Positions 44,221-55,319 of a stretch of 64,000 nt of DNA are shown here, piece after piece. The position numbers and the translations under genes were made by a program. Position 1 is the stretch's first letter. Every line of letters begins with the position of its first letter. The notes under the pieces are model-generated. The model worked only from the letters and a program-made list of their open reading frames with translations, made no database searches and was not told where the DNA came from. Source of the DNA: Candidatus Humimonas hydrogenitrophica (GTDB lineage Bacteria > Gemmatimonadota > Gemmatimonadetes > Palauibacterales > Palauibacteraceae); assembly GCA_947581615.1 (NCBI GenBank), contig CANPVD010000053.1:89737-153736 (forward strand). Reading direction: 5' to 3'.

Positions 44221-45600
44221 TCAGCCCGTTCGCTCGCGCACCCGGCGGACGACCTCCCGATAGCGCTCCCGGACCTCGCCGCCCTCCGGGGGGGTCCCGC
44301 CACGGGCCACGCGCCGCCCGCCCACGTAGACGTCCCCCAGGTCCGCGCGAGACGCCCCGGTGACCAGGGCATCCAGGACCGCCTCGCCCTCCTGGCCCAG
44401 CCAGGGCGCCGCGTCCTCGTCCAGCACGACGAGGTCGGCGAAGCGGCCCGGCTCCAGCGAGCCCACGGGCAGGCCGAGCGCCGCCGCGCCGCCGGCCGCG
44501 CACCGGCGCCACAGGGGACCGCCCAGCCCTTCGGCCCCGGCCAGCCGCGCGCGGGCCCCGGACGAGAGCCGCTGCCCGAACTCCAGCCAGCGCAGCTCGC
44601 CGACCGCGTCGATGCGGACGTTTCCGTCCGAGCCCACCGCGATCACGCCGCCGCTGGCGACGTGCTCCGCCGCGGGGAACAGGCCGTCCCCGAGCCACGC
44701 CTCGGTCAGGGGACACAGCGCCGTCGTGGCGCCCGCGGCGCGGATCCGGACGAGCTCGCCCGGCGTGGCGTGCGTGGCGTGCACCAGGGTCCAGCGCGCC
44801 CCGAGGGGCGTGTGCCGGTCCAGGAGGTCGATGGGCGTCGTGCCGTGCGCCGCCCGGCACGCCTCCACCTCGGCCGGCTGCTCGGACACGTGCACGTGGA
44901 CCGGGAAGGCGTCGCCCAGCACCTCGCGCGCTCCCTCGAGCAGCGCCGGCAGGTGCCCGGGATCCACCGCGCGCAGCGAGTGGGGCGCCACCCCCAGGCT
45001 CCAGGCCGGTCCGGAGCGTCCGTCCCGCGCGGCCTCCTCCGATCTCCGCCGTGCCGAGAGGCCGGCGAGGAGCCGGAGGTAGCCCGGCAGTCCTCCCGTG
45101 GAGAAGGGCCGCTGCTCGGGGCGCAGGGGCTCGCCGAAGCCCCCGCGCTCGTACAGCACCGGGAGCAGGACCAGCCGGATGCCCGCGTCCCGGGCGGCGC
45201 CGAGGATGGCCTCCGCCATGTCCGCGGGACCCGCTCCGTCGGCGCCGTGGTGCAGGTAGTGGAACTCGGCCACGCTGGTGAACCCGGCGGCCAGCATCTC
45301 CCCGAACGCGAACCGGGCCACGGCCGCCACGTCTTCGGACGTGAGCGACTCCGCCAGCCCGTACATCGCCTCGCGCCAGCTCCAGAAGCTGTCCTCGCCC
45401 CGGCGCGCCTCGCCGCGGCCCGCCAGGGCCCGCTGGAAGGCGTGGCTGTGCGCGTTCGGCATGCCCGGCAGGGCCAGGTAACCGTCCCACGGGCCCGGGT
45501 CGGGCTCCACGGCCGCGATGCGACCCTCCTCGTCCACGACCAGGGCCCGGCCCTCCGCCAGGCCGCCCGGCTCGAGGAGATAGCGGAAGGAGAGCCTCAT
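44221..45600 (-). CDS. hutF: Formimidoylglutamate deiminase-like amidohydrolase (HutF-like)
   Basis: The HSH metal motif (MPNAHSHAFQRAL) of the amidohydrolase superfamily is present. The ATG overlaps the hutI stop as ATGA. Confidence 0.7.
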   Translation of the reverse strand: MRLSFRYLLEPGGLAEGRALVVDEEGRIAAVEPDPGPWDGYLALPGMPNAHSHAFQRALAGRGEARRGEDSFWSWREAMYGLAESLTSEDVAAVARFAFGEMLAAGFTSVAEFHYLHHGADGAGPADMAEAILGAARDAGIRLVLLPVLYERGGFGEPLRPEQRPFSTGGLPGYLRLLAGLSARRRSEEAARDGRSGPAWSLGVAPHSLRAVDPGHLPALLEGAREVLGDAFPVHVHVSEQPAEVEACRAAHGTTPIDLLDRHTPLGARWTLVHATHATPGELVRIRAAGATTALCPLTEAWLGDGLFPAAEHVASGGVIAVGSDGNVRIDAVGELRWLEFGQRLSSGARARLAGAEGLGGPLWRRCAAGGAAALGLPVGSLEPGRFADLVVLDEDAAPWLGQEGEAVLDALVTGASRADLGDVYVGGRRVARGGTPPEGGEVRERYREVVRRVRERTG

Positions 45601-46835
45601 GCGTCCGCCCGCCATGTCACCCTGCCTCCGATGACGGTGGCGACGCAGGCGTTGGGCCGGTGGTGGTAGAGCCACGTCTCCACGTCCGGCGCGTCGAGGA
45701 TGGCGAAGTCGGCGGCCTTGCCCTTCTCGAGCGATCCCGCCCGCTCCTCCTCTCCGCAGGCCCGCGCGGCGATCAGGGTGGCGCCCTTGAGCGCTTCCGC
45801 GGGCGTCAGCCCTCCCTGGACGCAGGCCAGCGTCATGGCCAGCGGCAGGTGGTAGCTCGGAGCCGAGCCGGGGTTGAAGTCGGTCGCCACGGCCACCGCG
45901 ACGCCGTCCCGCACCATGCGGCGGGCCGGAGCGGGGGGGGCGCCCAGGTAGAGCGAGGCGAGCGGGAGCGCGACGCCCACCGTGGACGCGGCCGCCAGCG
46001 CCCGGATCCCGGCGGGCGAGACGTGCTCGAGGTGGTCGGCCGAGACCGCGCCGAGCTCGGCCGCCAGCTCGGCGCCGCCGCCGTCCCTCAGCTGGTCGAC
46101 GTGGAGCCGGGGCGCCATGCCGTGCTTCCGGCCCGCCTCCAGGACCCGCCGCGCGTCGGCCGGCGTGAACGCCCCCTCCTCGACGAACACGTCGCAGAAA
46201 CGGGCCAGCCCCTCCTCGGCGGCCGCGGGGACGATCTCCTCGCACACCAGCCACACGTAGCCTTCGCGGTCCCCGGCGTACTCCGGCGGCACCGCATGTG
46301 CGGCCAGCAGGGTGGGCACCAGCGCCTGCGGGACGCGCTCCGCCAGGCGGCGGTAGACCCGCAGGAGCTTGATCTCCTGGTGGAGGTCGAGCCCGTAGCC
46401 GCTCTTGGCCTCCACCGTGGTGACGCCCAGGGCCAGCATCCGCTCCAGGAAGCCGGCGGCGCGCTCGACCAGCTCGTCCTCCGACGTCTCGCGCGTGGCG
46501 CGCACGGTGGCGAGGATGCCGCCGCCCGCCCGCGCGATGTCGGCGTAGCTCTCGCCCCGGGCACGCCGCACGAACTCGTCGGCGCGCCACCCGCCGAAGG
46601 CCAGGTGCGTGTGGCAGTCGACCAGGCCCGGAACCACGAGGCGGCCGCCGGCGTCCAGGTCATCCTCGGACTTCCAGGCCGCCAGGCGCCGGGGCATCTT
46701 CGCCTGCGGCCCGGCCCAGGTGACGCGGCCGTCGTCGTCCCAGGCCAGCGCCGCCTCGGGGACCGCGTGGATCTCCCCCTGCCCCCCCTCGGCCGCGCAG
46801 GTGGCCAGGAGGCCGATGTTGCGGAGGGCGGGCAC
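45597..46835 (-). CDS. hutI: Imidazolonepropionase
   Basis: The motifs VPGLVDCHTHL and KSGYGLD are typical of HutI. Confidence 0.9.
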   Translation of the reverse strand: MPALRNIGLLATCAAEGGQGEIHAVPEAALAWDDDGRVTWAGPQAKMPRRLAAWKSEDDLDAGGRLVVPGLVDCHTHLAFGGWRADEFVRRARGESYADIARAGGGILATVRATRETSEDELVERAAGFLERMLALGVTTVEAKSGYGLDLHQEIKLLRVYRRLAERVPQALVPTLLAAHAVPPEYAGDREGYVWLVCEEIVPAAAEEGLARFCDVFVEEGAFTPADARRVLEAGRKHGMAPRLHVDQLRDGGGAELAAELGAVSADHLEHVSPAGIRALAAASTVGVALPLASLYLGAPPAPARRMVRDGVAVAVATDFNPGSAPSYHLPLAMTLACVQGGLTPAEALKGATLIAARACGEEERAGSLEKGKAADFAILDAPDVETWLYHHRPNACVATVIGGRVTWRADA

Positions 46836-46836
46836 C

Positions 46837-48537
46837 TCAGCCGATCCCGGAGGCCGGGGGACCGTCCAGCATGGGGACGTCGACGCCCCGCTCGCGGGCC
46901 GTGTGGATGGCCTCCTCGTAGCCGGCGTCAGCGTGGCGCGCCACGCCCGAGCCCGGGTCGGCCGTGAGCACCCGCTCCAGCCGCCGGTCGGCCATCTCGG
47001 AACCTTCCGCCACGCACACCATGCCGCCGTGGATCGAGTAGCCGATCCCGACCCCGCCGCCGTGGTGGAGCGACACCCAGCTGGCCCCGCACGCGGTGTT
47101 GAGGAGCGCGTTGAGGAGGGGCCAGTCCGCGATCGCGTCCGAGCCGTCCTTCATGCCCTCGGTCTCCCGGTTGGGCGAAGCCACCGAGCCGGTGTCCAGG
47201 TGGTCCCGCCCGATCACGATCGGGGCGTCCACCTTCCCCTTCCGGACCAGCCAGTTGAAGCGCAGCCCCATCTCGGCGCGCTCGCCGTACTCCAGCCAGC
47301 AGATCCGGGCCGGGAGCCCCTGGAAGTGCACCTGGTCCTGCGCCTTCCGGATCCAGCGCGCCAGGCTCTCCTTCTCCGGGAAGGTCTCGAGCACGGCCCG
47401 GTCGGTCTCGTAGATGTCCTCGGGGTTCCCGGACAGCGCCGCCCACCGGAAGGGGCCGGCGCCGCGGCAGAACAGCGGGCGGATGAAGGCGGGCACGAAG
47501 CCGGGGATGTCGAACGCCTCGTCCAGGCCGCGGTTGTCGGCCACCTGTCCCCGGATGTTGTTGCCGTAGTCGAAGGTGATGGCGCCCTTCTTCTGCAGGG
47601 AGAGCATGGCCTCCACGTGGCGGACCATGGAGTCGAGGACGCGGGTCTCGTAGCCCTCCGGGTCGTCCTCGCGCATCCGCTCCGCCTCCTCCAGCGACAC
47701 CCCGCTCGGGATGTAGCCGATGCGGAGGTCGTGGGCGGAGGTCTGGTCGGTGAGGAAGTCGGGGACCACGTCGCGGCGGTCGAGCTCGGGGATCACGTCG
47801 GCCGCGTTCCCCACGAGCCCCACGCTGAGCGCCTCGCCCTTCTCCTTCGCGTCGAGGACGAGCTCCAGCGCCTCGTCCAGGTCATGGGCCAGCCGGTCGC
47901 AGTAGCCCGTGTCCACGCGGCGCCGGATCCTGGTCTCGTCCACCTCGACGCCCAGGAAGGCGCCGCCGTTCATGGTGGCGGCCAGCGGCTGCGCGCCCCC
48001 CATGCCCCCCAGGCCCGACGTCACGACCAGGCGTCCCGCGAGGTCGCCACCGAAGTGCTGCCGGGCCGCCTCGGCGAAGGTCTCGTAGGTGCCCTGCAGG
48101 ATGCCCTGCGTCCCGATGTAGATCCAGGAGCCGGCCGTCATCTGTCCGTACATGGTGAGGCCGAGGGCCTCAAGGCGCCGGAACTCGTCCCAGGTGGCCC
48201 AGCGCGGCACCAGGTGCGCGTTGGCGATGAGCACGCGCGGTGCCTCCTCGTGCGTGCGGAACACGCCCACCGGCTTCCCGCTCTGCACGAGCATCGTCTC
48301 GTCGTTCTCGAGGCGGCGCAGGGTGTCGACGATGGCGTGGTAGCAGTCCCAGTTCCGCGCCGCCTTCCCCGCCCCGCCGTAGACGATGAGCTCCTCGGGC
48401 TTCTCGGCCACCTCGGGATCGAGGTTGTTCATGAGCATCCGGAGGGCCGCCTCCTGGTGCCAGCCCTTGCAGGAGAGCTCGGTGCCGCGCGGGGCGCGGA
48501 CCGTCTCGGGTGCGGCGGTGGTCGTCATCGGTGCCTC
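46837..48537 (-). CDS. hutU: Urocanate hydratase
   Basis: The 566-aa protein carries the conserved HutU motifs GGMGGAQP and NNIRGQ. Confidence 0.9.
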   Translation of the reverse strand, partial: EAPMTTTAAPETVRAPRGTELSCKGWHQEAALRMLMNNLDPEVAEKPEELIVYGGAGKAARNWDCYHAIVDTLRRLENDETMLVQSGKPVGVFRTHEEAPRVLIANAHLVPRWATWDEFRRLEALGLTMYGQMTAGSWIYIGTQGILQGTYETFAEAARQHFGGDLAGRLVVTSGLGGMGGAQPLAATMNGGAFLGVEVDETRIRRRVDTGYCDRLAHDLDEALELVLDAKEKGEALSVGLVGNAADVIPELDRRDVVPDFLTDQTSAHDLRIGYIPSGVSLEEAERMREDDPEGYETRVLDSMVRHVEAMLSLQKKGAITFDYGNNIRGQVADNRGLDEAFDIPGFVPAFIRPLFCRGAGPFRWAALSGNPEDIYETDRAVLETFPEKESLARWIRKAQDQVHFQGLPARICWLEYGERAEMGLRFNWLVRKGKVDAPIVIGRDHLDTGSVASPNRETEGMKDGSDAIADWPLLNALLNTACGASWVSLHHGGGVGIGYSIHGGMVCVAEGSEMADRRLERVLTADPGSGVARHADAGYEEAIHTARERGVDVPMLDGPPASGIG

Positions 48538-48765
48538 CAGCGGTTGGTCGGATCCCGGGGCGCGCCGCCCCGCCTCATCGTAGATCCCGCGGCCGTTACG
48601 GGCCAGCGGGCCCGATCTCGAGCCCGGCCTGGAGAGCGCGGCCCGCCACCGGCTGGCCGAGGACGGCCGCGGGCCGACCCGGCTGTCGCGCGGGGCGGGC
48701 CCGACCGTAGCTTCGGCCGCGCCCGAGACCGATCCACACTGCGGCGGCCGGAGGACGATGCGAAC

Positions 48766-49674
48766 ATGCGACGGCGGACCGCGGGAGACGCGGTGAAGGG
48801 CCGCTTCCCTCCCGGGATCCGTTACATGGCGGGAGCCGCCTTCGGGTTCAGCCTCATGAGCCTGTTCGTGAAGATCGCCGGACAGAGGCTGCCCACGGCC
48901 GAGGTGGTGCTGGCCCGCGGCGTCGTCATCGTGCTGGTGACGCGCGTCCTGCTGTGGCGGGCGGGGATCGCCCCGTGGGGGACCAGGAAGGGGCTCCTCC
49001 TCTTTCGCGGCCTGTTCGGCTTCGCGGCGGTCGGCTGCTTCTACTACGCCATCGCCCACATCCCGCTGGCCGATGCCACGGTCATCCAGTACACGAACCC
49101 GGTGTGGACGGCGCTCCTCGCCGCCGCCGTGCTGGACGAGCATCTCCGCCCCGTGGAGGTGGTGGGCACGGCCGCCTGCCTGGCCGGCGTCCTGCTGGTG
49201 GCGCGCCCCTCCTTCCTGTTCGGGGCCGAGAGCGCCCACCTCGATCCCCTGGTGGCCGGCATCGCCCTCGCCGGCTCGATGCTGAGCGCGGCCGCCTACG
49301 TCACCGTCCGCAAGCTCGGGGAGAGCGAAGACGCCCTGGTGATCGTGTTCTACTTCGCCCTGGTCAGCACGGTCGGGTCTTTTCCCGTGGCCGCCACCGA
49401 GGCGGTGTGGCCCACGGGCGCGGAGTGGCTGGCGCTGCTCGGCGTGGGGGTGACGGCGCAGGCGGCCCAGCTCCTCATGACGCATGGTCTCAAGCGGGAG
49501 CGGGCCGGCCGCGCCATGGCGGTCGGCTACCTGCAGATCGTGTTCGCCGGCCTGTGGGGGGCCCTGTTCTTCGCCGAGATCCCGGGCCTGTGGAGCTACG
49601 CGGGCGCCGCCCTCGTGGTCGCCGGCACCTGGATGATCGGCCGGCGGGGGACCTCGGGGGCGGCCTCAGCCTAG
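48766..49674 (+). CDS. EamA/DMT-family transporter
   Basis: The protein has 10 transmembrane helices with a duplicated EamA pattern. It is divergent from hutU. Confidence 0.8.
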   Translation: MRRRTAGDAVKGRFPPGIRYMAGAAFGFSLMSLFVKIAGQRLPTAEVVLARGVVIVLVTRVLLWRAGIAPWGTRKGLLLFRGLFGFAAVGCFYYAIAHIPLADATVIQYTNPVWTALLAAAVLDEHLRPVEVVGTAACLAGVLLVARPSFLFGAESAHLDPLVAGIALAGSMLSAAAYVTVRKLGESEDALVIVFYFALVSTVGSFPVAATEAVWPTGAEWLALLGVGVTAQAAQLLMTHGLKRERAGRAMAVGYLQIVFAGLWGALFFAEIPGLWSYAGAALVVAGTWMIGRRGTSGAASA

Positions 49675-50540
49675 AGCTCCGCGCCCTCCGACTCCGAGGG
49701 CGGCCGACCGCCCGGCTCCAGCCCCATCCACGCTCCGTACAGCTCCGGCCGCCGGTCGCGCCAGAACAGCCGGCGGGCGTGGGAGCGCTCGCAGGCGGCC
49801 GGGTCCACGTCGGCGATCACCAGGTCCTCCTCGCCGCTCGCGCCCCTCGCCGTGACCCGCCCCTCGGGGTCGACCACGAACGACTCCCCCGCGAACGCCA
49901 GCTCGCCCTCCTCGCCCACGCGGTTGCACAGGGCGGCCCAGTAGCCGTTCTGGAAGGCCGCCGCGCGCACCTCGGCCTCGTACAGCCCCTCGGGCCACTC
50001 GCCGGCCGTGCCGGCCTGCGGGATCACGACCAGCTCGGCGCCGGCCACGCCCAGGGCGCGCATGTACTCGGGGTAGTGGCGGTCGTAGCAGATGGCCACG
50101 CCGACCCGCCCCACGGCCGTGTCGTACACGGGCGCCCCCCGGTCGCCGGGATGGTAGTACGCCTGCTCGTGGAAGCCCGGGTAGTCGGTGATGTGGACCA
50201 TGCGGGTCACGCCGAGGAGCGAGCCGTCGGCATCGATCACGGGCGAGCTGTCGAAGCGGCGGCCCCGCTGGTCCACCTCGTACAGGTTGAACACGACCAC
50301 CAGGGAGAGCTCCGCCGCCCGACGGGCGATCCGCCCGGTCGTCGGACCCGGCACGGGCTCGGCCAGTCCGTCGGAGCCCTCCCAGCACCGAAGTCTCGGG
50401 AAGAACGGCTCCAGGGCCAGCTCCGGGAACGCCACCAGCCCGGCGCCCGCCTCCGCCGCCCGCCCCATCGCCTCCAGCGCGGCCCCCAGGTTCCGCTCCC
50501 GGTCCGGACCCGCCCGTCCCTGCACCAGCGCGATCCTCAT
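49671..50540 (-). CDS. Carbon-nitrogen hydrolase (nitrilase-superfamily) amidase
   Basis: The Glu (FPE), Lys and Cys (VAICYD) catalytic triad context is recognisable. Confidence 0.85.
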   Translation of the reverse strand: MRIALVQGRAGPDRERNLGAALEAMGRAAEAGAGLVAFPELALEPFFPRLRCWEGSDGLAEPVPGPTTGRIARRAAELSLVVVFNLYEVDQRGRRFDSSPVIDADGSLLGVTRMVHITDYPGFHEQAYYHPGDRGAPVYDTAVGRVGVAICYDRHYPEYMRALGVAGAELVVIPQAGTAGEWPEGLYEAEVRAAAFQNGYWAALCNRVGEEGELAFAGESFVVDPEGRVTARGASGEEDLVIADVDPAACERSHARRLFWRDRRPELYGAWMGLEPGGRPPSESEGAEL

Positions 50541-50698
50541 CGGCTCCTCCGCGCGTGTCCGCTCCGTGCCACCCTCGAGGTGCGCATCCTACGCCTTGCC
50601 GCGCGCCGGGTCACGGTCCGAGATTGGCCCGCCGCTCCCGCGGCCGACCCGGTCCGGGAGCGCGGTGCCCAAGAACGGTCTCAGCAGGGAGTCCTCAC

Positions 50699-53311
50699 AT
50701 GATCGACCTCGGCCCCGTCCGACCCGGTCCGTCCCGGGTTCGCCTCCTCCTCCTCGCCGGCTGCACCCTCTGCCTGGGATTCCTCCTCGCTCCGCCGGGC
50801 GCGGCGGCGCTGCGCGCGCAGGAGGCCGGACACGGCGGGGCCGCGACCGAGGGCGTCAAGCCGCTGCCCACGATCGAGGCGAAGACGAAGGGCATGGAGC
50901 CCATGCCCGGCTACTTCGACCTCTACTGGGACGGCCAGGCCGACAAGCTCTACCTCGAGGTCGACCGCTTCGACCACGAGTTCCTCTACCAGGAGTCGCT
51001 GGCCACGGGGCTCGGCTCGAACCCGGTGGGCCTGGACCGGGGCCAGGAGGGCACCACCCGCGTCCTGGTGGCCAGGCGCGTGGGCCGCAGGATCCTGTTC
51101 GTCCAGCCCAACCTCGGCTACCGGGCGCGCAGCGGAAGCGAGGCCGAGAAAGCGGCCGTGCGCGAAGCGTTCGCCCCGGGCACGGTGTGGGGCTTCGACG
51201 CGGTGGCCCGCACGGGCGACCGCTGGCTCGTGGACGCGACCCCCTTCTTCATCCGTGACGCGCACGGCGTCGTCCAGACCCTGAAGCGCACCGGCCAGGG
51301 CGACTTCAAGCTGGACGCGAGCCGCAGCACGATCTACCTGCCCCGTACGAAGGCGTTTCCGAAGAACACCGAGGTCGAGGCGTGGCTGACCTACACGAGC
51401 CCCCGCCCCGGGCCGCTCGTGCGCCGCACGGCCGCCGACGCGGAGGCTGTCTCGATGCGGGCCCACTACTCCCTCGTGCAGCTCCCCGACGACGGCTACC
51501 GGCCACGCCGCGCGGACCCGCGCGTCGGGACCTTCGCGGTCGACTTCCAGGACTACGCGGTCCCCATCGACCAGGACATCCACGTGCGCTGGGCCACGCG
51601 CCACCTCCTGGTCAAGAAAGACCCGACGGCGGCCGTGTCCGAGCCGGTGAAGCCGCTGGTCTACTACGTGGATCCCGGCATCCCCGAGCCCATCCGCAGC
51701 GCCGTCATGGAGGGCATCTCCTGGTGGTCCAAGGCGTTCGAGGCCGCCGGCTTCGAGAACGCCTTCCAGGTGAAGGTGCTGCCGGACAGCGCCGACCCCA
51801 TGGACCTGCGCTACAACATCGTGCACTGGACGCACCGCCGGACGCGCGGCTGGTCGTACGGCGCCTCGGTGGTGGACCCGCGCACGGGCGAGATCCTCAA
51901 GGCCAACGTCAACCTGGGCAGCCTGCGCCTGCGCCAGGACCACCTCATCGGTCAGGGGCTGGTGCCGAGCTATGCGGGAGCGGCGGCCGACGGCGCCGGG
52001 ATGGGCACGGACGCCCGGGGCGTGGGTGGCTGCGACTACGGCCAGGGACCCTCGTTCGGCTACCTGGCCGACCTGGACCCGAACACGACCCCGACCCAGA
52101 TGGCGCTGGCCCGCGTCCGCCAGCTGGCGGCGCACGAGGTCGGCCACACGCTGGGGCTGGCGCACAACTTCATGGCCAGCACCTACGGCCGGGCCAGCGT
52201 CATGGACTATCCGGCGCCGGTCGTGAAGATCCGCGACGACGGTACGCTCGACCTGTCGGACGCGTACGGCGTGGGCGTGGGCGCCTACGACCTGTTCGCG
52301 ATCAGGTGGCTGTACAGCCAGTTCCCGAAGGGCACGGACGAGGCCGCCGCCCTGGACTCGATCGTCCAGGACGGCCTCAAGAGCGGGTACGGCTTCATCA
52401 CCGACGCCGACGCGCGGCCGGCCGGCGCCGCCCACCCGCTGGCCGCCCTGTGGGACAACGGCTCGAACCCCGTGGACTACCTGGAGCACGAGCTTCAGGT
52501 CCGGAGGGTGGGACTCGAGCACTTCGGTCCGGATGTGATCCGGAAGGGCGAGCCGATGGCCTCGCTCGAGTACGTGCTCGTTCCGCTCTACCTGCATCAC
52601 CGCTACCAGCTCAACGCGGCCGCCCACAGCCTGGGAGGCGACGATTACCGCTTCGCCATGCGGGGTGACGGCCAGACGCCGAACACGCCGGTGGCGCCGG
52701 CCCAGCAGGAGAAGGCGCTCCGGGAGATGCTCTCGACGCTGGATCCCTCCTTCCTTGCCATCCCGAGCCGCATCCTGGACATGATCCCGCCGCCAGCCTA
52801 CGGGATGGCGCCCGGCGAGAGCTTCGACTCGCGCACGGCGCCCGTGTTCGACCCGCTGGGCGTGGCCGCCTCCTCGGCGCGCTTCACGCTGGACCTCATC
52901 CTCCAGCCGCAGCGCATGGCCCGCCTGGTGGCGCAGCACGCCCGGAACCCGAAGGAGCCCGGCCTCGGCCAGGTGCTGGACCGGACGCTGGACGCCACCT
53001 GGCGCGCCCCCGCCCCGGACGACGGCTACCGACTCGCCATCCGGCGCACGGTGGACCGGGTGTTCCTGGACCGGCTCCTCGAGCAGGCCGGGAGCGGCCG
53101 GAACACCGAGCTGGTACGGGCCGAGCTCGACGCGGGAGTTCGGTCGCTGCGCGACTGGCTGGCGGCGCGGCCCCACGAGGATCCCGTGCAGGCCAAGGCG
53201 CTCGAGGACATCCAGCGCTGGATGGCGCGCCCCCAGGGCACCACCCCCCCGGCGACCGTCGAGCCGCTCCCGCCGGGCGACCCGATCGGCAGCGGTGGCG
53301 GCGGGCGCTGA
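50699..53311 (+). CDS. Secreted zinc-dependent metalloprotease with an HExxH motif (DUF4953-like)
   Basis: A signal peptide is present. The motif AAHEVGHTLGLAHNF is seen. The protein is 870 aa. Confidence 0.8.
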   Translation: MIDLGPVRPGPSRVRLLLLAGCTLCLGFLLAPPGAAALRAQEAGHGGAATEGVKPLPTIEAKTKGMEPMPGYFDLYWDGQADKLYLEVDRFDHEFLYQESLATGLGSNPVGLDRGQEGTTRVLVARRVGRRILFVQPNLGYRARSGSEAEKAAVREAFAPGTVWGFDAVARTGDRWLVDATPFFIRDAHGVVQTLKRTGQGDFKLDASRSTIYLPRTKAFPKNTEVEAWLTYTSPRPGPLVRRTAADAEAVSMRAHYSLVQLPDDGYRPRRADPRVGTFAVDFQDYAVPIDQDIHVRWATRHLLVKKDPTAAVSEPVKPLVYYVDPGIPEPIRSAVMEGISWWSKAFEAAGFENAFQVKVLPDSADPMDLRYNIVHWTHRRTRGWSYGASVVDPRTGEILKANVNLGSLRLRQDHLIGQGLVPSYAGAAADGAGMGTDARGVGGCDYGQGPSFGYLADLDPNTTPTQMALARVRQLAAHEVGHTLGLAHNFMASTYGRASVMDYPAPVVKIRDDGTLDLSDAYGVGVGAYDLFAIRWLYSQFPKGTDEAAALDSIVQDGLKSGYGFITDADARPAGAAHPLAALWDNGSNPVDYLEHELQVRRVGLEHFGPDVIRKGEPMASLEYVLVPLYLHHRYQLNAAAHSLGGDDYRFAMRGDGQTPNTPVAPAQQEKALREMLSTLDPSFLAIPSRILDMIPPPAYGMAPGESFDSRTAPVFDPLGVAASSARFTLDLILQPQRMARLVAQHARNPKEPGLGQVLDRTLDATWRAPAPDDGYRLAIRRTVDRVFLDRLLEQAGSGRNTELVRAELDAGVRSLRDWLAARPHEDPVQAKALEDIQRWMARPQGTTPPATVEPLPPGDPIGSGGGGR

Positions 53312-53481
53312 GCGCGTCCTCGTGAGACTCCCGCGCTCGGGCCGGTGAGCCCGACGGCAGCTTGCCGCCCGCGCCGGGGCGGGCGAAGTTGTGCCCGCCC
53401 CGGGGGCCGCCCGCTCGGCCCCTCGTCCGACCCGCCGCATCCCACGCCGGAGCGCGCATTCCTCGAGGAGGCGGAGCACGC

Positions 53482-55005
53482 ATGAGCACCCCGACGTCGA
53501 CGCCCGACCCCACCGACCGTTCGGACAGGCCCGGCGCCCCGCCCCGCGACGGCTTCTTCGGCCATCCCCGCGGGCTGGCGACGCTGTTCTTCACCGAGAT
53601 GTGGGAGCGTTTCAGCTACTACGGGATGCGCGGCATCCTCATCCTGTTCATGGTCGACGCCGCGGCCACGGGCGGCATGGGCCTCACCGACAAGAGGGCC
53701 GCCGCCATCTACGGGCTCTACACGGCCGGCGTCTACCTGCTGGCCCTGCCCGGCGGCTGGATCGCCGACCGCATCCTGGGCCAGCGGAACGCCGTGTTCC
53801 TGGGCGGCATCGTGATCGCCTTCGGACACTTCAGCATGGCCATCCCGACCACCGGGACTTTCTTCCTGGGGCTGGCGCTCATCATGGTCGGCACCGGGCT
53901 CCTCAAGCCCAACGTGAGCTCGATCGTCGGGGAGCTGTACCCCGAGGGCGGCGCGCGCCGCGACGCCGGCTTCTCGGTGTTCTACATGGGGATCAACCTG
54001 GGCGCCTTCGTGGGACCGATCATCTGCGGTTTCCTGGGCGAGAAAATCAACTGGCACCTGGGGTTCAGCGCCGCCGGAATCGGCATGGTGCTGGGCCTGA
54101 TCCAGTACAAGATGGGCGGCAAGTACCTGGGCGATTGTGGCCACATGGAGCCCGAGGAGCAGGCGCGCCGGCCCGCGGCGGTGCGCGCCCTCGTGGCCGG
54201 GCTGGCCGCGTTCGCCGCCATCGCCGCGGCGCTGTGGCTGCTCCAGGCCGGCGGGATCGCCCGCATCACGTTCGAGAGGGTGGCCGAGGGCGCCGCCTAC
54301 GTGATCGTGGGCGTGGCGGTCCTCTACTTCGGCTCGGTGCTCGCCTTCGGGGAGCTCACGAGCGAGCAGAAGAAGCGCGTGGTCGTGATCTTCCTCCTGT
54401 TCGCGGCGGCGGCGCTGTTCTGGTCGGGCTTCGAGCAGGCCGGGTCGTCCATGAACCTGTTCGCCGAACGGCTCACCGACCGGACGGTGTTCGGGTGGCA
54501 GGCCCCGGCGAGCGCGCTCCAGGCGGTGAACCCGTTGTTCATCATCATCTTCGCGCCGGTGTTCGGCTCCCTGTGGGTGTGGCTCAACGCCCGGAAGCGC
54601 GAGCCCTCGATCCCGGTCAAGTTCGGCATGGGCCTCCTCCTGCTGGCCGTGAGCTTCCTGGTGATGATGTGGGCGGCCACGCAGGCGAGCGAGACGCACC
54701 GGGTCACCCCCTTCTTCCTGATCGCCGCCTACTTCTTCCAGACGTGCGGCGAGTTGTCGCTGAGTCCGGTCGGACTGTCGAGCGTGACGAAGCTGGCGCC
54801 GAAGCGGCTGGTGAGTCAGATGATGGGCACGTGGTTCATGGGCTCGGCGCTCGGGAACCTGGTGGCCGGGCTCGTGGCGGGGCAGTTCCAGAGCATGCCC
54901 CTCCCCGAGCTGTTCGGGCGGGTCGCCCTGTGGGCGGCGGCGGGTGGCTTCCTCATGCTGCTGTTCTTCAAGCCGATCAAGAAGCTCATGGGCGGCGTGC
55001 GGTAG
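53482..55005 (+). CDS. POT/PTR2 proton-dependent oligopeptide transporter
   Basis: The POT signature FTEMWERFSYYGMR is present. The protein has about 14 transmembrane helices. A GAGGAGG ribosome-binding site lies upstream. Confidence 0.9.
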   Translation: MSTPTSTPDPTDRSDRPGAPPRDGFFGHPRGLATLFFTEMWERFSYYGMRGILILFMVDAAATGGMGLTDKRAAAIYGLYTAGVYLLALPGGWIADRILGQRNAVFLGGIVIAFGHFSMAIPTTGTFFLGLALIMVGTGLLKPNVSSIVGELYPEGGARRDAGFSVFYMGINLGAFVGPIICGFLGEKINWHLGFSAAGIGMVLGLIQYKMGGKYLGDCGHMEPEEQARRPAAVRALVAGLAAFAAIAAALWLLQAGGIARITFERVAEGAAYVIVGVAVLYFGSVLAFGELTSEQKKRVVVIFLLFAAAALFWSGFEQAGSSMNLFAERLTDRTVFGWQAPASALQAVNPLFIIIFAPVFGSLWVWLNARKREPSIPVKFGMGLLLLAVSFLVMMWAATQASETHRVTPFFLIAAYFFQTCGELSLSPVGLSSVTKLAPKRLVSQMMGTWFMGSALGNLVAGLVAGQFQSMPLPELFGRVALWAAAGGFLMLLFFKPIKKLMGGVR

Positions 55006-55025
55006 TGGACGCCCGTCCGCGCTTC

Positions 55026-55319
55026 ATGCCCTCCGGGCTCACGCGGCATCAGCGCCGTGTGTACGGCGCCGTGACGATCTTCTTCATCGTGGTCTTCTTC
55101 GCGCTGATGTGGCCCGTCTACGCCCTATTTTCGGGCATCCGGCCCATCGTCCTCGGCATGCCCTTCTCGCTCGTCTACCTGGTCGTGATCCTGGCGGCCT
55201 CCTTCCTGGTGCTCCTCGGCGTGTTCACGTGGGAGGGCCGCGCCGAGGGCGGGCCCGACGAGGGGGACGGCCGCGCGGCGGACGGGCCCGGCGCGCAGGA
55301 CGGCGTGGGGCGCCGCTGA
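55026..55319 (+). CDS. DUF3311-like small membrane protein, partner of the downstream SSS transporter
   Basis: The 97-aa protein has two transmembrane helices. Its stop overlaps the ATG of the SSS gene by 1 nt. Confidence 0.55.
   Translation: MPSGLTRHQRRVYGAVTIFFIVVFFALMWPVYALFSGIRPIVLGMPFSLVYLVVILAASFLVLLGVFTWEGRAEGGPDEGDGRAADGPGAQDGVGRR

Noticed and set aside
44221-46590. A 789-aa ORF spanning the hutF and hutI regions.
   Set aside because: The portion above 45600 overlaps hutI out of frame. The real gene (hutF-like) starts at the ATG at 45600, coupled to the hutI stop.
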